From the NCBI GenBank assembly GCA_036402635.1, contig DASWSO010000138.1, forward strand, positions 1 through 33,799: a stretch of DNA of 33,799 nt. Direction: 5' to 3'. The notes below the pieces were generated by a model. The model worked only from the letters and a program-made list of their open reading frames with translations, ran no database searches and was not told where the DNA came from. This DNA comes from Xanthobacteraceae bacterium (GTDB lineage Bacteria; Pseudomonadota; Alphaproteobacteria; Rhizobiales; Xanthobacteraceae). Positions 26,359 to 33,697 of the stretch are shown here, one piece after another; position 1 is the stretch's first letter, and each line of letters begins with the position of its first letter. The translations under genes were made by a program, and so were the position numbers.

Positions 26359-26454
26359 TCAGAATGCACCCAGCAGAATGGCGCCGATAAACGTCAACGC
26401 GGCGCACGCCACCAGCACATTCAGCTTCAGGGCAAGGTCCACGGCAGGCCCCAT
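26359..26454 (-). CDS. Tentative 31-aa hydrophobic mini-protein (MGPAVDLALKLNVLVACAALTFIGAILLGAF)
   Basis: This is my own translation of the minus strand; the ORF is too short for the track. It has a single ATG, an in-frame stop 8 codons upstream, one predicted TM helix and G/C-rich third positions. A TATGAT-like box lies about 25 nt upstream and the hairpin at 26261-26284 lies downstream. The SD is weak (GAG). Confidence 0.3.
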   Translation of the reverse strand: MGPAVDLALKLNVLVACAALTFIGAILLGAF

Positions 26455-26587
26455 CGGCTCGTTGTACCGCAGGCATCATAGCACAGCCGGCGGGCACCTG
26501 GAATGGCCACGGCCGCGCCGGCTGCAGAACGCCGGCCGCGTGTGGTTATTGAGCAATCTTTAACAAGATGCACCGCATTCTCCGCGC

Positions 26588-27772
26588 ATGAAGCGTGGAG
26601 TGGCCCTGTATTTCGTCGGCTCCGCTGCTCTCCTGACCCTCGCCGGCTGCGGTCGCAGCTGGCTCGGCTATCAGGAGCGCGAGCCGTGGCGGCGCGAGGC
26701 GGAACTCGCCTGCCTGCAGTCGGGGGCGGTGAAGCAGACCGCCGCCATCATCCAATCGAAACCGATCGAGGGACCCGGCATCTGCGGCGCCGAGTATCCG
26801 TTCAAGGTCTCGGCGCTCGGCGACATCGCGGCGCTCGGCTATGCGGAGACCTTGCGTCCGCCCGGCGCGGTCGGGAGCCGCTTCCCGATTCCGCCGCCGC
26901 AGCCGGCCTCGGCTCCGGTGCGAAGCGCAGAGCCGTACGAGCGCGGACAGCCGTCGACGTTCGACCCTCCCGCCGGCGAGCCGGACGAGGACGAGCAGCT
27001 CGAGCAGCCCGACGGCAGCGATCCCTATGCGGTTCCGGGCGGGCGGCCGCCGGTGCGCGCGCCGTCGGCGCGCGGGCCGCAGTCCTATCCGCCGCAGTCA
27101 GGCGACGGCCAGCAGGCCTATCCGGGGCGCGACCTGCCGCAGCGGCTCGGTCCGGCATCGCCACCCGGCGCCACCGCTTCGGCGACGCCGATCGGAATCG
27201 CCCCCACCGCCACCCTCGCCTGCCCGATGGTGTCGGCGCTGGACACTTGGATGGCGGGCTCGATCCAGCCGGCGGCCGAACGCTGGTTCGGCCAGCCTGT
27301 GGTCGAGATCAAGCAGATTTCCGCCTATTCATGCCGCGGCATGAACGGGCAGCGCGGCGCGCCGATCTCCGAGCACGCCTTTGGCAATGCGCTCGACATC
27401 GCCTCGTTCACGCTGGCGGACGGCCGCCGCATCACCGTCAAGGACGGCTGGCGCGGCGCCGCCGAGGAACAGGGCTTCCTGCGCGACGTGCATGCCAGCG
27501 CCTGCGAGCAGTTCTCCACCGTGCTGGCGCCCGGCTCCAATATCTTCCACTACGACCATATTCACGTCGACCTCGCCCGCCGGCGCAGCGGCCGCACCAT
27601 CTGCAATCCGGCGGCAGTGCCGGGCGAAGTGATCGCGCGGCGGCGCGGCGGCCCGAACTACACCGGCGCCACCGGCAGGAATTCGGGCGGCCGGCTCGGC
27701 TATGCGGCCGAAAACCATCCGCTCGCCGACATCGAGCCGAGCCTCCCGCGCGCGGTGCCGGGCGAAGACTGA
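26588..27772 (+). CDS. Extensin-like family lipoprotein with a C-terminal LAS-type metallopeptidase-like domain
   Basis: 394-aa ORF with lipobox LLTLAGC. It has a Pro/Gly/Gln-rich linker (roughly aa 90-200). The C-terminal domain carries SEHAFGNALD (H-x6-D) and HYDHIHVD (H-x-H). Confidence 0.85.
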   Translation: MKRGVALYFVGSAALLTLAGCGRSWLGYQEREPWRREAELACLQSGAVKQTAAIIQSKPIEGPGICGAEYPFKVSALGDIAALGYAETLRPPGAVGSRFPIPPPQPASAPVRSAEPYERGQPSTFDPPAGEPDEDEQLEQPDGSDPYAVPGGRPPVRAPSARGPQSYPPQSGDGQQAYPGRDLPQRLGPASPPGATASATPIGIAPTATLACPMVSALDTWMAGSIQPAAERWFGQPVVEIKQISAYSCRGMNGQRGAPISEHAFGNALDIASFTLADGRRITVKDGWRGAAEEQGFLRDVHASACEQFSTVLAPGSNIFHYDHIHVDLARRRSGRTICNPAAVPGEVIARRRGGPNYTGATGRNSGGRLGYAAENHPLADIEPSLPRAVPGED

Positions 27773-27790
27773 CGCGCTTGCTTGCTTCAC

Positions 27791-27900
27791 CTCTCCCGGC
27801 CTTCGGGGAGAGCTCGACCGAGCGCAGCGACGTCGGGTGAGTCCCCCTCACCCGGCTCGCAACGGCGTTGCTCGCCGCCCTCCGGCAAGCGGGAGAGCAA
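27791..27900. repeat. Array of short GC-rich stem-loops (second REP family, CTCTCCC...GGGAGAG type)
   Basis: Three hairpins are present: CTCTCCC-N8-GGGAGAG (27791-27812), GGGTGAG-TCCCC-CTCACCC (27835-27853) and GCAAC-GGC-GTTGC (27859-27871). The array ends in CCTCCGGCAAGCGGGAGAG. It resembles the hairpin at 21144-21171. Confidence 0.6.
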
Positions 27901-28011
27901 ACAGGCGCCGCCGCCTCCGCTGCGTCCGGCTTGCCTTGCGGCCCGGTCGCCCTTACGCGTGCGCTTTCGTAAGATCAAAGCGGCCGCAACGGCGGCGCGG
28001 GGGACATCGCA

Positions 28012-28890
28012 ATGCACATCGGATTTTGCGGCATCGGCCGCATGGGCGGCGCCATGGCGGCGCGGCTGCTCGACTGCGGCCATACGCTCACCGTCTGGAA
28101 CCGCACGCCGGAGAAGGCCGAGCCGCTGGTGGCGCGCGGCGCCCGGCTGGCCGGCACGCCGGCCGAGGTGGCGCAGGCCGCCGACGTCGTGCTCAGCATC
28201 CTGATGGACGACGCCGCGGTCGACGAGGTTTACGGCGGCCGCGACGGGCTTCTGTCCGGCGCGGTCGGCGGCAAGACCTTCGTGGAGATGAGCACGATCC
28301 GGCCGGAGACCGCCCGCCGCATCGCCGCGCTGGCGCAGGAGCGCGGCGCGGCCGTGATCGACTGCCCGGTCAGCGGCACGGTCGGGCCGGCGCGCGACGG
28401 CAAGCTGATCGGGCTCGCCGGCGGTGATCCCGCCGCGTTCGCGCGCGTGCGCGACGTGCTGGCGCAGCTCTGCCGCCGGGTCGACAATGTCGGACCCTCC
28501 GGCGCCGGTGCGACCGCCAAGCTCGCCGTCAACCTGCCGCTGGTGGTCTATTGGGGCGCGCTCGGCGAGGCGCTGGCGCTGTGCCGCGACGCCGGCATCG
28601 ATCCGAAGCTGCTGCTCGACATCATGAAGGACTCTTCCGGCGGCACCAACGCGCTGCCGGGCCGCACGCCCAAGATCCTGGCGGCGCTCGCCGGCGAGAA
28701 GGCGGAGGTGGCCTTCACCATCGACGGCATGTGCAAGGACGTCGCCTCGATGATCGCGGTCGGCGATGCGCAGGGGGCGGCGCTGCCGATCACCGGCGCG
28801 GCGCTGCAGCACTATCGCGATGCCGCCAAATCCGGCCTGGGCGATCACGACGGATCGGCCGTGACCGCGTTCGTCGGCCAGCGCAGATGA
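28012..28890 (+). CDS. NAD(P)-dependent beta-hydroxyacid dehydrogenase (3-hydroxyisobutyrate dehydrogenase family)
   Basis: 292-aa ORF. Motifs seen: N-terminal IGFCGIGRMGGAMA, and the catalytic Lys context GAGATAKLAVN. Confidence 0.88.
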   Translation: MHIGFCGIGRMGGAMAARLLDCGHTLTVWNRTPEKAEPLVARGARLAGTPAEVAQAADVVLSILMDDAAVDEVYGGRDGLLSGAVGGKTFVEMSTIRPETARRIAALAQERGAAVIDCPVSGTVGPARDGKLIGLAGGDPAAFARVRDVLAQLCRRVDNVGPSGAGATAKLAVNLPLVVYWGALGEALALCRDAGIDPKLLLDIMKDSSGGTNALPGRTPKILAALAGEKAEVAFTIDGMCKDVASMIAVGDAQGAALPITGAALQHYRDAAKSGLGDHDGSAVTAFVGQRR

Positions 28891-30050
28891 CCGACGCGGG
28901 GCCGTTCGGCGCCGGCACGCTGCCGGCCGGCATCCGCTCCCGCACGGTGCCGAACGTCAACGGCCTCACGATGCACGTGCTCGAGGCCGGGCACGAGCAG
29001 CCCGGCCGCCCCTGCGTGCTGCTGCTGCACGGCTTCCCGGAACTCGCCTACAGCTGGCGCAAGGTGATGCTGCCGCTCGCCGCCGCCGGCTTCCACGTGG
29101 TGGCGCCGGACCAGCGCGGCTACGGCCGCACCACCGGGTGGGATCCGGACTACGACGGCGACCTCGCCTCGTTCCGCGTGCTCAACATCGTGCGCGACAC
29201 GCTCGGCCTTGTGGCCGCGCTCGGCCGCGATGCCGTCGCCTGCGTGGTCGGACACGATTTCGGCGCCACCATCGCGGCGTGGTGCGCGCTCATACGGCCG
29301 GACGTGTTTCGCTCGGTGGCGCTGATGAGCGCGCCGTTCGCCGGCCCGCCGCCGCTGCCGGAAAGCGCGCAGGCGGGATTCCGGGACGCCGGCGCGGTGC
29401 TGTCGGGCACCGGCATCCACGACCGGCTCGCCGCGCTGTCGCCGCCGCGCAAGCACTATCAATGGTTCTATTCGACGCGCGCGGCCAACGACGACATGTG
29501 GAAGTGTCCGCAGGGCGTGCACGCATTCCTGCGCGCCTATTATCACCACAAGAGCGCCGACTGGTCCGGCAACAAGCCATTCCGGCTGGCGGCCTGGAGC
29601 GCCGAGGAGCTCGCCAGGCTGCCGACCTATTACATCATGCAAGCCGACCGCGGCATGGCCGCGACCGTGGCGGCGCAGATGCCGTCGGCGGCCGCGATCG
29701 CGGCCTGCGGCTGGCTCCCGGAAGCAGAGCTGCGCGTCTACGCCGACGAGTTCGCCCGCACCGGCTTTCAGGGCGGCCTGCAATGGTACCGCTGCCGCAC
29801 CGGCGGCCACTTCACCTACGAGCTGGAGATTTTCGCCGGCCGCCGCATCGAGGCGCCGGCGGTCTTCATCGCCGGCGCCAGCGACTGGGGCATCCACCAG
29901 AAGCCGGGCGAACTCGAGCGCATGCAGAGCGAGGCCTGCGCCGACATGCGCGGCTGCCACCTGATCGAAGGCGCCGGCCACTGGGTGCAGCAAGAGCAGC
30001 CGGAAGCCGTGAGCCGGCTGCTGACGGCGTTCCTGCAGTCGGGACGCTGA
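28887..30050 (+). CDS. Alpha/beta hydrolase, epoxide hydrolase-like
   Basis: The ATG at 28887 overlaps the upstream stop (ATGA). Motifs seen: oxyanion-hole HGFPELAYSWR, Asp nucleophile elbow VGHDFGA, C-terminal GAGHWVQQEQPE. Length is 387 aa. Confidence 0.85.
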   Translation: MTDAGPFGAGTLPAGIRSRTVPNVNGLTMHVLEAGHEQPGRPCVLLLHGFPELAYSWRKVMLPLAAAGFHVVAPDQRGYGRTTGWDPDYDGDLASFRVLNIVRDTLGLVAALGRDAVACVVGHDFGATIAAWCALIRPDVFRSVALMSAPFAGPPPLPESAQAGFRDAGAVLSGTGIHDRLAALSPPRKHYQWFYSTRAANDDMWKCPQGVHAFLRAYYHHKSADWSGNKPFRLAAWSAEELARLPTYYIMQADRGMAATVAAQMPSAAAIAACGWLPEAELRVYADEFARTGFQGGLQWYRCRTGGHFTYELEIFAGRRIEAPAVFIAGASDWGIHQKPGELERMQSEACADMRGCHLIEGAGHWVQQEQPEAVSRLLTAFLQSGR

Positions 30051-30291
30051 CATACGCCGGCGGATTGATCGCGCCGCGCGAATTCACCTGTGTGCTGTGC
30101 GCCTTGTAGGTGGGATTACGTAATGACTTTCGCCAAATGGTTGTACAAAGTGGTTGTATGGCGGTCGGGGGCTGCGGCGGACGCCTTCCTGACAGCCGTC
30201 TCGGATAGCATGCGCTTCGGCGTCGTCGCCTTGGTGGCGGCTGCATCCTATCTCACGGCATGGCGCCGAAAGCCTGTGGCGGGAGCCGCCC

Positions 30292-30660
30292 ATGCAAGAT
30301 CCGGACTTAAGCGGATGCCGCGTCCTTTTGGTGGAGGACGAGTATATCGTCGCGAAATCGCTGACACGGTTGCTGTCGCTGTTCGGCGCGGAAGTGGTCG
30401 GTCCGGCCGCCACGCCGGAAACCGCGCTGGCTTTGCTGCAAGCCTCCGATGAGCTGCATTTCGCCGTGCTCGACGTCAATCTGCGCGGCACCATGACGTT
30501 TGAGATCGCCGACGCGCTGACGGAGCGCGGCGTGCCGTTCGCGTTCACCACCGGCTACGGCTTGCCGGTGATCCCGGAACGCTACCGCAACGCCGCCGTG
30601 CTGCAGAAGCCCTACGACGTCGACGACATCTGCAAGGCGCTGGTGCCGCTGCGGTGCTGA
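30292..30660 (+). CDS. Single-domain response regulator (receiver only), PFxFATGY (SdrG-like) family
   Basis: 122-aa ORF. Motifs seen: RVLLVEDE, phospho-acceptor context AVLDVNL (Asp codon 30472-30474), PFAFTTGY (30535-30558), QKPY. Confidence 0.88.
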   Translation: MQDPDLSGCRVLLVEDEYIVAKSLTRLLSLFGAEVVGPAATPETALALLQASDELHFAVLDVNLRGTMTFEIADALTERGVPFAFTTGYGLPVIPERYRNAAVLQKPYDVDDICKALVPLRC

Positions 30661-30712
30661 CCCGGCCGACGCCGCGATCGTGCTCCGATCGCCGACGCGC
30701 GGAGGTCCGCCC

Positions 30713-30994
30713 ATGAAAGCGGTGCTGCGGAACCAGGTCATCGCGGAGAGCGACGACATTATCGCCTGCGCCGGATACGCGTACTTCCCGCCGTCGGCGG
30801 TGCGGATGCAGTGGCTCGAAAAGGCCGCCAGGACCGAGTCGGACCGCGCCTGTCCGCACGGGGTGCAGTTCTACGACGTGGTGATCGACGGCGTGCGCCA
30901 CGCGCGCGCCGCCTGGTCGTACGAAGCGCCGCAGCCGGCGATGCGGCAGATGGCGCATCGCTTCGGCTTCTGGCGGGACGTCGCGGTCGGCTGA
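30713..30994 (+). CDS. DUF427 domain protein
   Basis: The ATG at 30713 has GGAGG 7 nt upstream. The 93-aa protein has the pattern NQVIAESDD...GYAYFPPSAV...C.HG...YDV...AAWSY, consistent with DUF427 as I recall it. Confidence 0.7.
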   Translation: MKAVLRNQVIAESDDIIACAGYAYFPPSAVRMQWLEKAARTESDRACPHGVQFYDVVIDGVRHARAAWSYEAPQPAMRQMAHRFGFWRDVAVG

Positions 30995-31083
30995 CAGCAC
31001 CAAACGAGGCGCGCCGGAACGCGGCCGCGGCGGGCGAGTTTCGCCCAAGGGGCTACCGTGGAGGGGCCACCGTGGAGGCCGCC

Positions 31084-31404
31084 ATGATCAGCCGCATCGT
31101 TGTTTGCTCGACACTCGTACTCGCCTGGGCGACGCCCGCTCTGGCCGGACCCTGCACGCAGCGCGTGCTCGAACTGGAGAAGAGCGTCACCGCCAAGCTG
31201 GAAGGCGCGGGGCCGGCGCTCTCGCCCGCGGTGGGCTCGAGCGAGACCACCGGGCGGGCGCCGAGCGTCAAGCGTGAAGCAGACGAGACGCATCAGATCA
31301 TGCAGATGCTGCAGCAGGCCAAGGCGCTCGACCAGCAGGGCAAGGAAGCCGAGTGCATGCAGGTCGTCGGCCAGGTCGACGCCAAGGCGCCGAAGACCAA
31401 GTAG
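31084..31404 (+). CDS. Small secreted hypothetical protein (two Cys)
   Basis: The ATG at 31084 has GGAGG upstream. The signal peptide is MISRIVVCSTLVLAWATPALAG. The mature part is about 85 aa and ends in MLQQAKALDQQGKEAECMQVV. Confidence 0.7.
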   Translation: MISRIVVCSTLVLAWATPALAGPCTQRVLELEKSVTAKLEGAGPALSPAVGSSETTGRAPSVKREADETHQIMQMLQQAKALDQQGKEAECMQVVGQVDAKAPKTK

Positions 31405-31436
31405 GCGCCGCGCCGGCGGCTAAGGCCAGCCGTGCT

Positions 31437-33305
31437 CTACGCGTAGATCGCAAAGCCAGCTGCCGGCACGGTTAGTTGCACGACGCGCGCGCCGTCGCCG
31501 CGCGCCTGCACCGGTATGGTATGGTCGATCTGCGCGGGCGTGGTGGAATAGAGGCAGCGCAGCTGCGATCCCGGCGCATGCAGGTCGGCGTCGATCAGCA
31601 CGAAGGCGGTGCGCTGCTGTCCCTGATCGGTGTTGACGGCGCACAGAAGCTCGCTGGTGTCGAACAGCCGCGACCATGGGACGATCGAGCGGATCTCGCC
31701 GCCGAGCATGCGCGGCAGGCCGTAGTCGATGCCGTTGCCGGAAATCTCGCGCAGATACTGACGGCCGCGCCGCAGCGCGATGCGGTTGCGGCGCAGCGCC
31801 AAAACCTTGCCGAGCTCGCCGTAAACCCATTCGTCCTCGTTGAAGAAATGCCGGCCGGCGGAGCGGAACGCGCCGAAGGGTCCGCCGAACATGCATTCGC
31901 GCAGGTAGCGGTCGCCGCCGTTGCCGGAGCCGGCGCCGTCGAAGCGCTGCTCGCTGCCGTAGTAGATGCAGGGGATGCCGAGCGTGGTCGCATTCAGCGC
32001 CAGCACCGACAAGAGAAGCTCGCGCGGCACGCCGCCGGCGCAGAAGCGGCCCTTGTTCTCGCCCTTGCGGACCTGGTCGTGGTCGTCGAGCACGGTGACG
32101 ACCTTGTCGCGGAACCAGACGTGCGAGCTCTTCTGCACCAGCAGCGAGTTGCGGAAGAGAGTGAAATAGTCGGTCGGCTGGCGAAACCCCTTGGCGAGGA
32201 ATTCGAGCTTGTCCGGGATGTCGTCGACGCCGAGCGCCGCGTCGAGCCCGGTTTCCTCGAGCGTCGTATAGGCGCGGTCGCGCCCGCCGGTGATCTCGCC
32301 GATCAGGTAGAAGCGCTCCTTGCCGAGCCGCTGGGTGAACTCGTGGATCACCGACGCGAAGTAGCGCGCGGCGCCGTCGTCCATGTGCTTGACGGTGTCG
32401 ACGCGGAAGCCGTCGAGGTCGGCGAACGCGATCCAGAACTTGTAGATCTCGGCCAGCGCCCGCAGCGCCGGCGACGGCCGGTAGGCATCGATGCTTCCGC
32501 TGCCGAGGTGCACGTCCTTGAGGTCGAAGAAATCGCCCTCGCGGAATTCCGGGTCGTTGTCCCAGCCGTTGATGCGCCCCTTGCAGGTGAACGTTGCGGG
32601 ATCCTGCAGCTCCGCCGGCCAGATCGCGTCGCCGTTCGGGCCTCCCGCCGCGCCGGCGGCGACGAACGGCAGCGTCGGTTGCCCGTGCGCGTCGTTGAAA
32701 CCCTTCACGCGGTAGGGCTGGCCGTCCCAGGACGGCGAGGACCCGCCGCCGTGCGCACCCTGGTCGGGGTCGTAGGAAAAAACGTCGCCGGTGTGATTGA
32801 GGATGATGTCGAGCACGACATGGATGCCGTGCGCGTGGGCGACGCGCACCATCTCGCGCAGGTCGTCGCGGCTGCCGAAATGCGGATCGACGTCGAGGAA
32901 ATTCTGGATCCCGTAGCCGTGATAGGTCTCGTGGAAATCGACCTGCTTGAGCACCGGGCTCACCCACAGCGCGGTGACGCCGAGCCGCTGCAGGTAGCCG
33001 ATCTTGCCGGCGAGGCCCTTGAGCGTGCCGCCGCACCAGCGCATGCCGGCCTCGCGCCACGCTGCCGCCGCCGCATCGGTGCCGACCGCGTTGCCGGCAT
33101 CCGCCGCGGTGTAGGGCGGCGTGGTGCCGCCGCCCGCAACCGCACCGTCGTTGCCGCGCACGCCCTGCTCGCGGCCGTCGGAGAAACGGTCGAGCATCAG
33201 GAAGTAGAGGACCTGGTCCTCCCACGCGGCCGGCGAGGGGTGGAACTGTCGCCCTTGCGTCAGCGCGGCGAAATCCAGCGCGGCGATGCTGCGTTCGGAT
33301 GCCAT
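31437..33305 (-). CDS. Alpha-amylase family (GH13) glycoside hydrolase, no signal peptide
   Basis: The ATG at 33305 has GGGAGG upstream, and the longer ORF start at 33341 is less likely. GH13 regions are present: DIILNHTG, DGFRVDTVKHM, YLIGEI, VLDDHD. The motif MLDRFSDG lies near the N terminus. Confidence 0.88.
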   Translation of the reverse strand: MASERSIAALDFAALTQGRQFHPSPAAWEDQVLYFLMLDRFSDGREQGVRGNDGAVAGGGTTPPYTAADAGNAVGTDAAAAAWREAGMRWCGGTLKGLAGKIGYLQRLGVTALWVSPVLKQVDFHETYHGYGIQNFLDVDPHFGSRDDLREMVRVAHAHGIHVVLDIILNHTGDVFSYDPDQGAHGGGSSPSWDGQPYRVKGFNDAHGQPTLPFVAAGAAGGPNGDAIWPAELQDPATFTCKGRINGWDNDPEFREGDFFDLKDVHLGSGSIDAYRPSPALRALAEIYKFWIAFADLDGFRVDTVKHMDDGAARYFASVIHEFTQRLGKERFYLIGEITGGRDRAYTTLEETGLDAALGVDDIPDKLEFLAKGFRQPTDYFTLFRNSLLVQKSSHVWFRDKVVTVLDDHDQVRKGENKGRFCAGGVPRELLLSVLALNATTLGIPCIYYGSEQRFDGAGSGNGGDRYLRECMFGGPFGAFRSAGRHFFNEDEWVYGELGKVLALRRNRIALRRGRQYLREISGNGIDYGLPRMLGGEIRSIVPWSRLFDTSELLCAVNTDQGQQRTAFVLIDADLHAPGSQLRCLYSTTPAQIDHTIPVQARGDGARVVQLTVPAAGFAIYA

Positions 33306-33397
33306 CGGGACCTCCCACAAGAACGAGAGACGATCGGGCATCCTACAACGGCACGTTGCGTGCTGAAACTGCCTCGGCCGCGAGCGGCCGTCGCCGC

Positions 33398-33697
33398 TCA
33401 GCGCTGCTTGAACTCGCCGCCGACCGCGGCTTCCCGCGACTGCAGCGACACCTCGCGGTACATCCCCATCGCCTGCGTGATCTTGCCCTCGCGGCAGAGC
33501 GCGCGCGCCTCCAGCATGGCCGCATAGGCGGCGGCGAGCTTGTCGGACGGGAGCGCGCCGGTGTCGCCGAGCTCCTCGATCGCGACCGTGAGCCGCAGGT
33601 CTTCGGCGGCGCAGTCCTTGGAGAAGGTCTGGCTGCTGGCGGCGGTGATGCTCATGAGAATGGCGGCCACGCTCAGTCCGGCTAGTTTGGTGCGCAT
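33398..33697 (-). CDS. Small secreted hypothetical protein (two Cys), related to 31084..31404
   Basis: The ATG at 33697 has AAGGAG 7 nt upstream. The signal peptide is MRTKLAGLSVAAILMSITAASSQ. The mature part contains MLEARALCREGKITQAMGMY. Confidence 0.75.
   Translation of the reverse strand: MRTKLAGLSVAAILMSITAASSQTFSKDCAAEDLRLTVAIEELGDTGALPSDKLAAAYAAMLEARALCREGKITQAMGMYREVSLQSREAAVGGEFKQR

Noticed and set aside
26312-26563. 83-aa plus-strand ORF in the cupin/extensin intergenic gap.
   Set aside because: The product is Arg/His/Ser-rich with no SD. It runs through the likely promoter of the extensin-like gene. Its third positions coincide with those of the minus-strand mini-ORF, so its apparent codon bias is not independent evidence.
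30090-30452. 120-aa ORF (inner ATG at 30122) in the leader of the response-regulator gene. Its first ~55 codons have coding-like G/C third positions.
   Set aside because: It would overlap the well-supported receiver gene by about 160 nt in another frame, where its third-position bias collapses. It has no recognisable motif. It may be a remnant or chance, and it is worth a tblastn check only.
31476-33527. 683-aa plus-strand ORF, and the 632-aa minus-strand ORF 31420-33318, both overlapping the GH13 gene.
   Set aside because: Only the 31437-33341 frame carries the four GH13 catalytic regions. The other two frames translate to Arg/Ala-rich nonsense.
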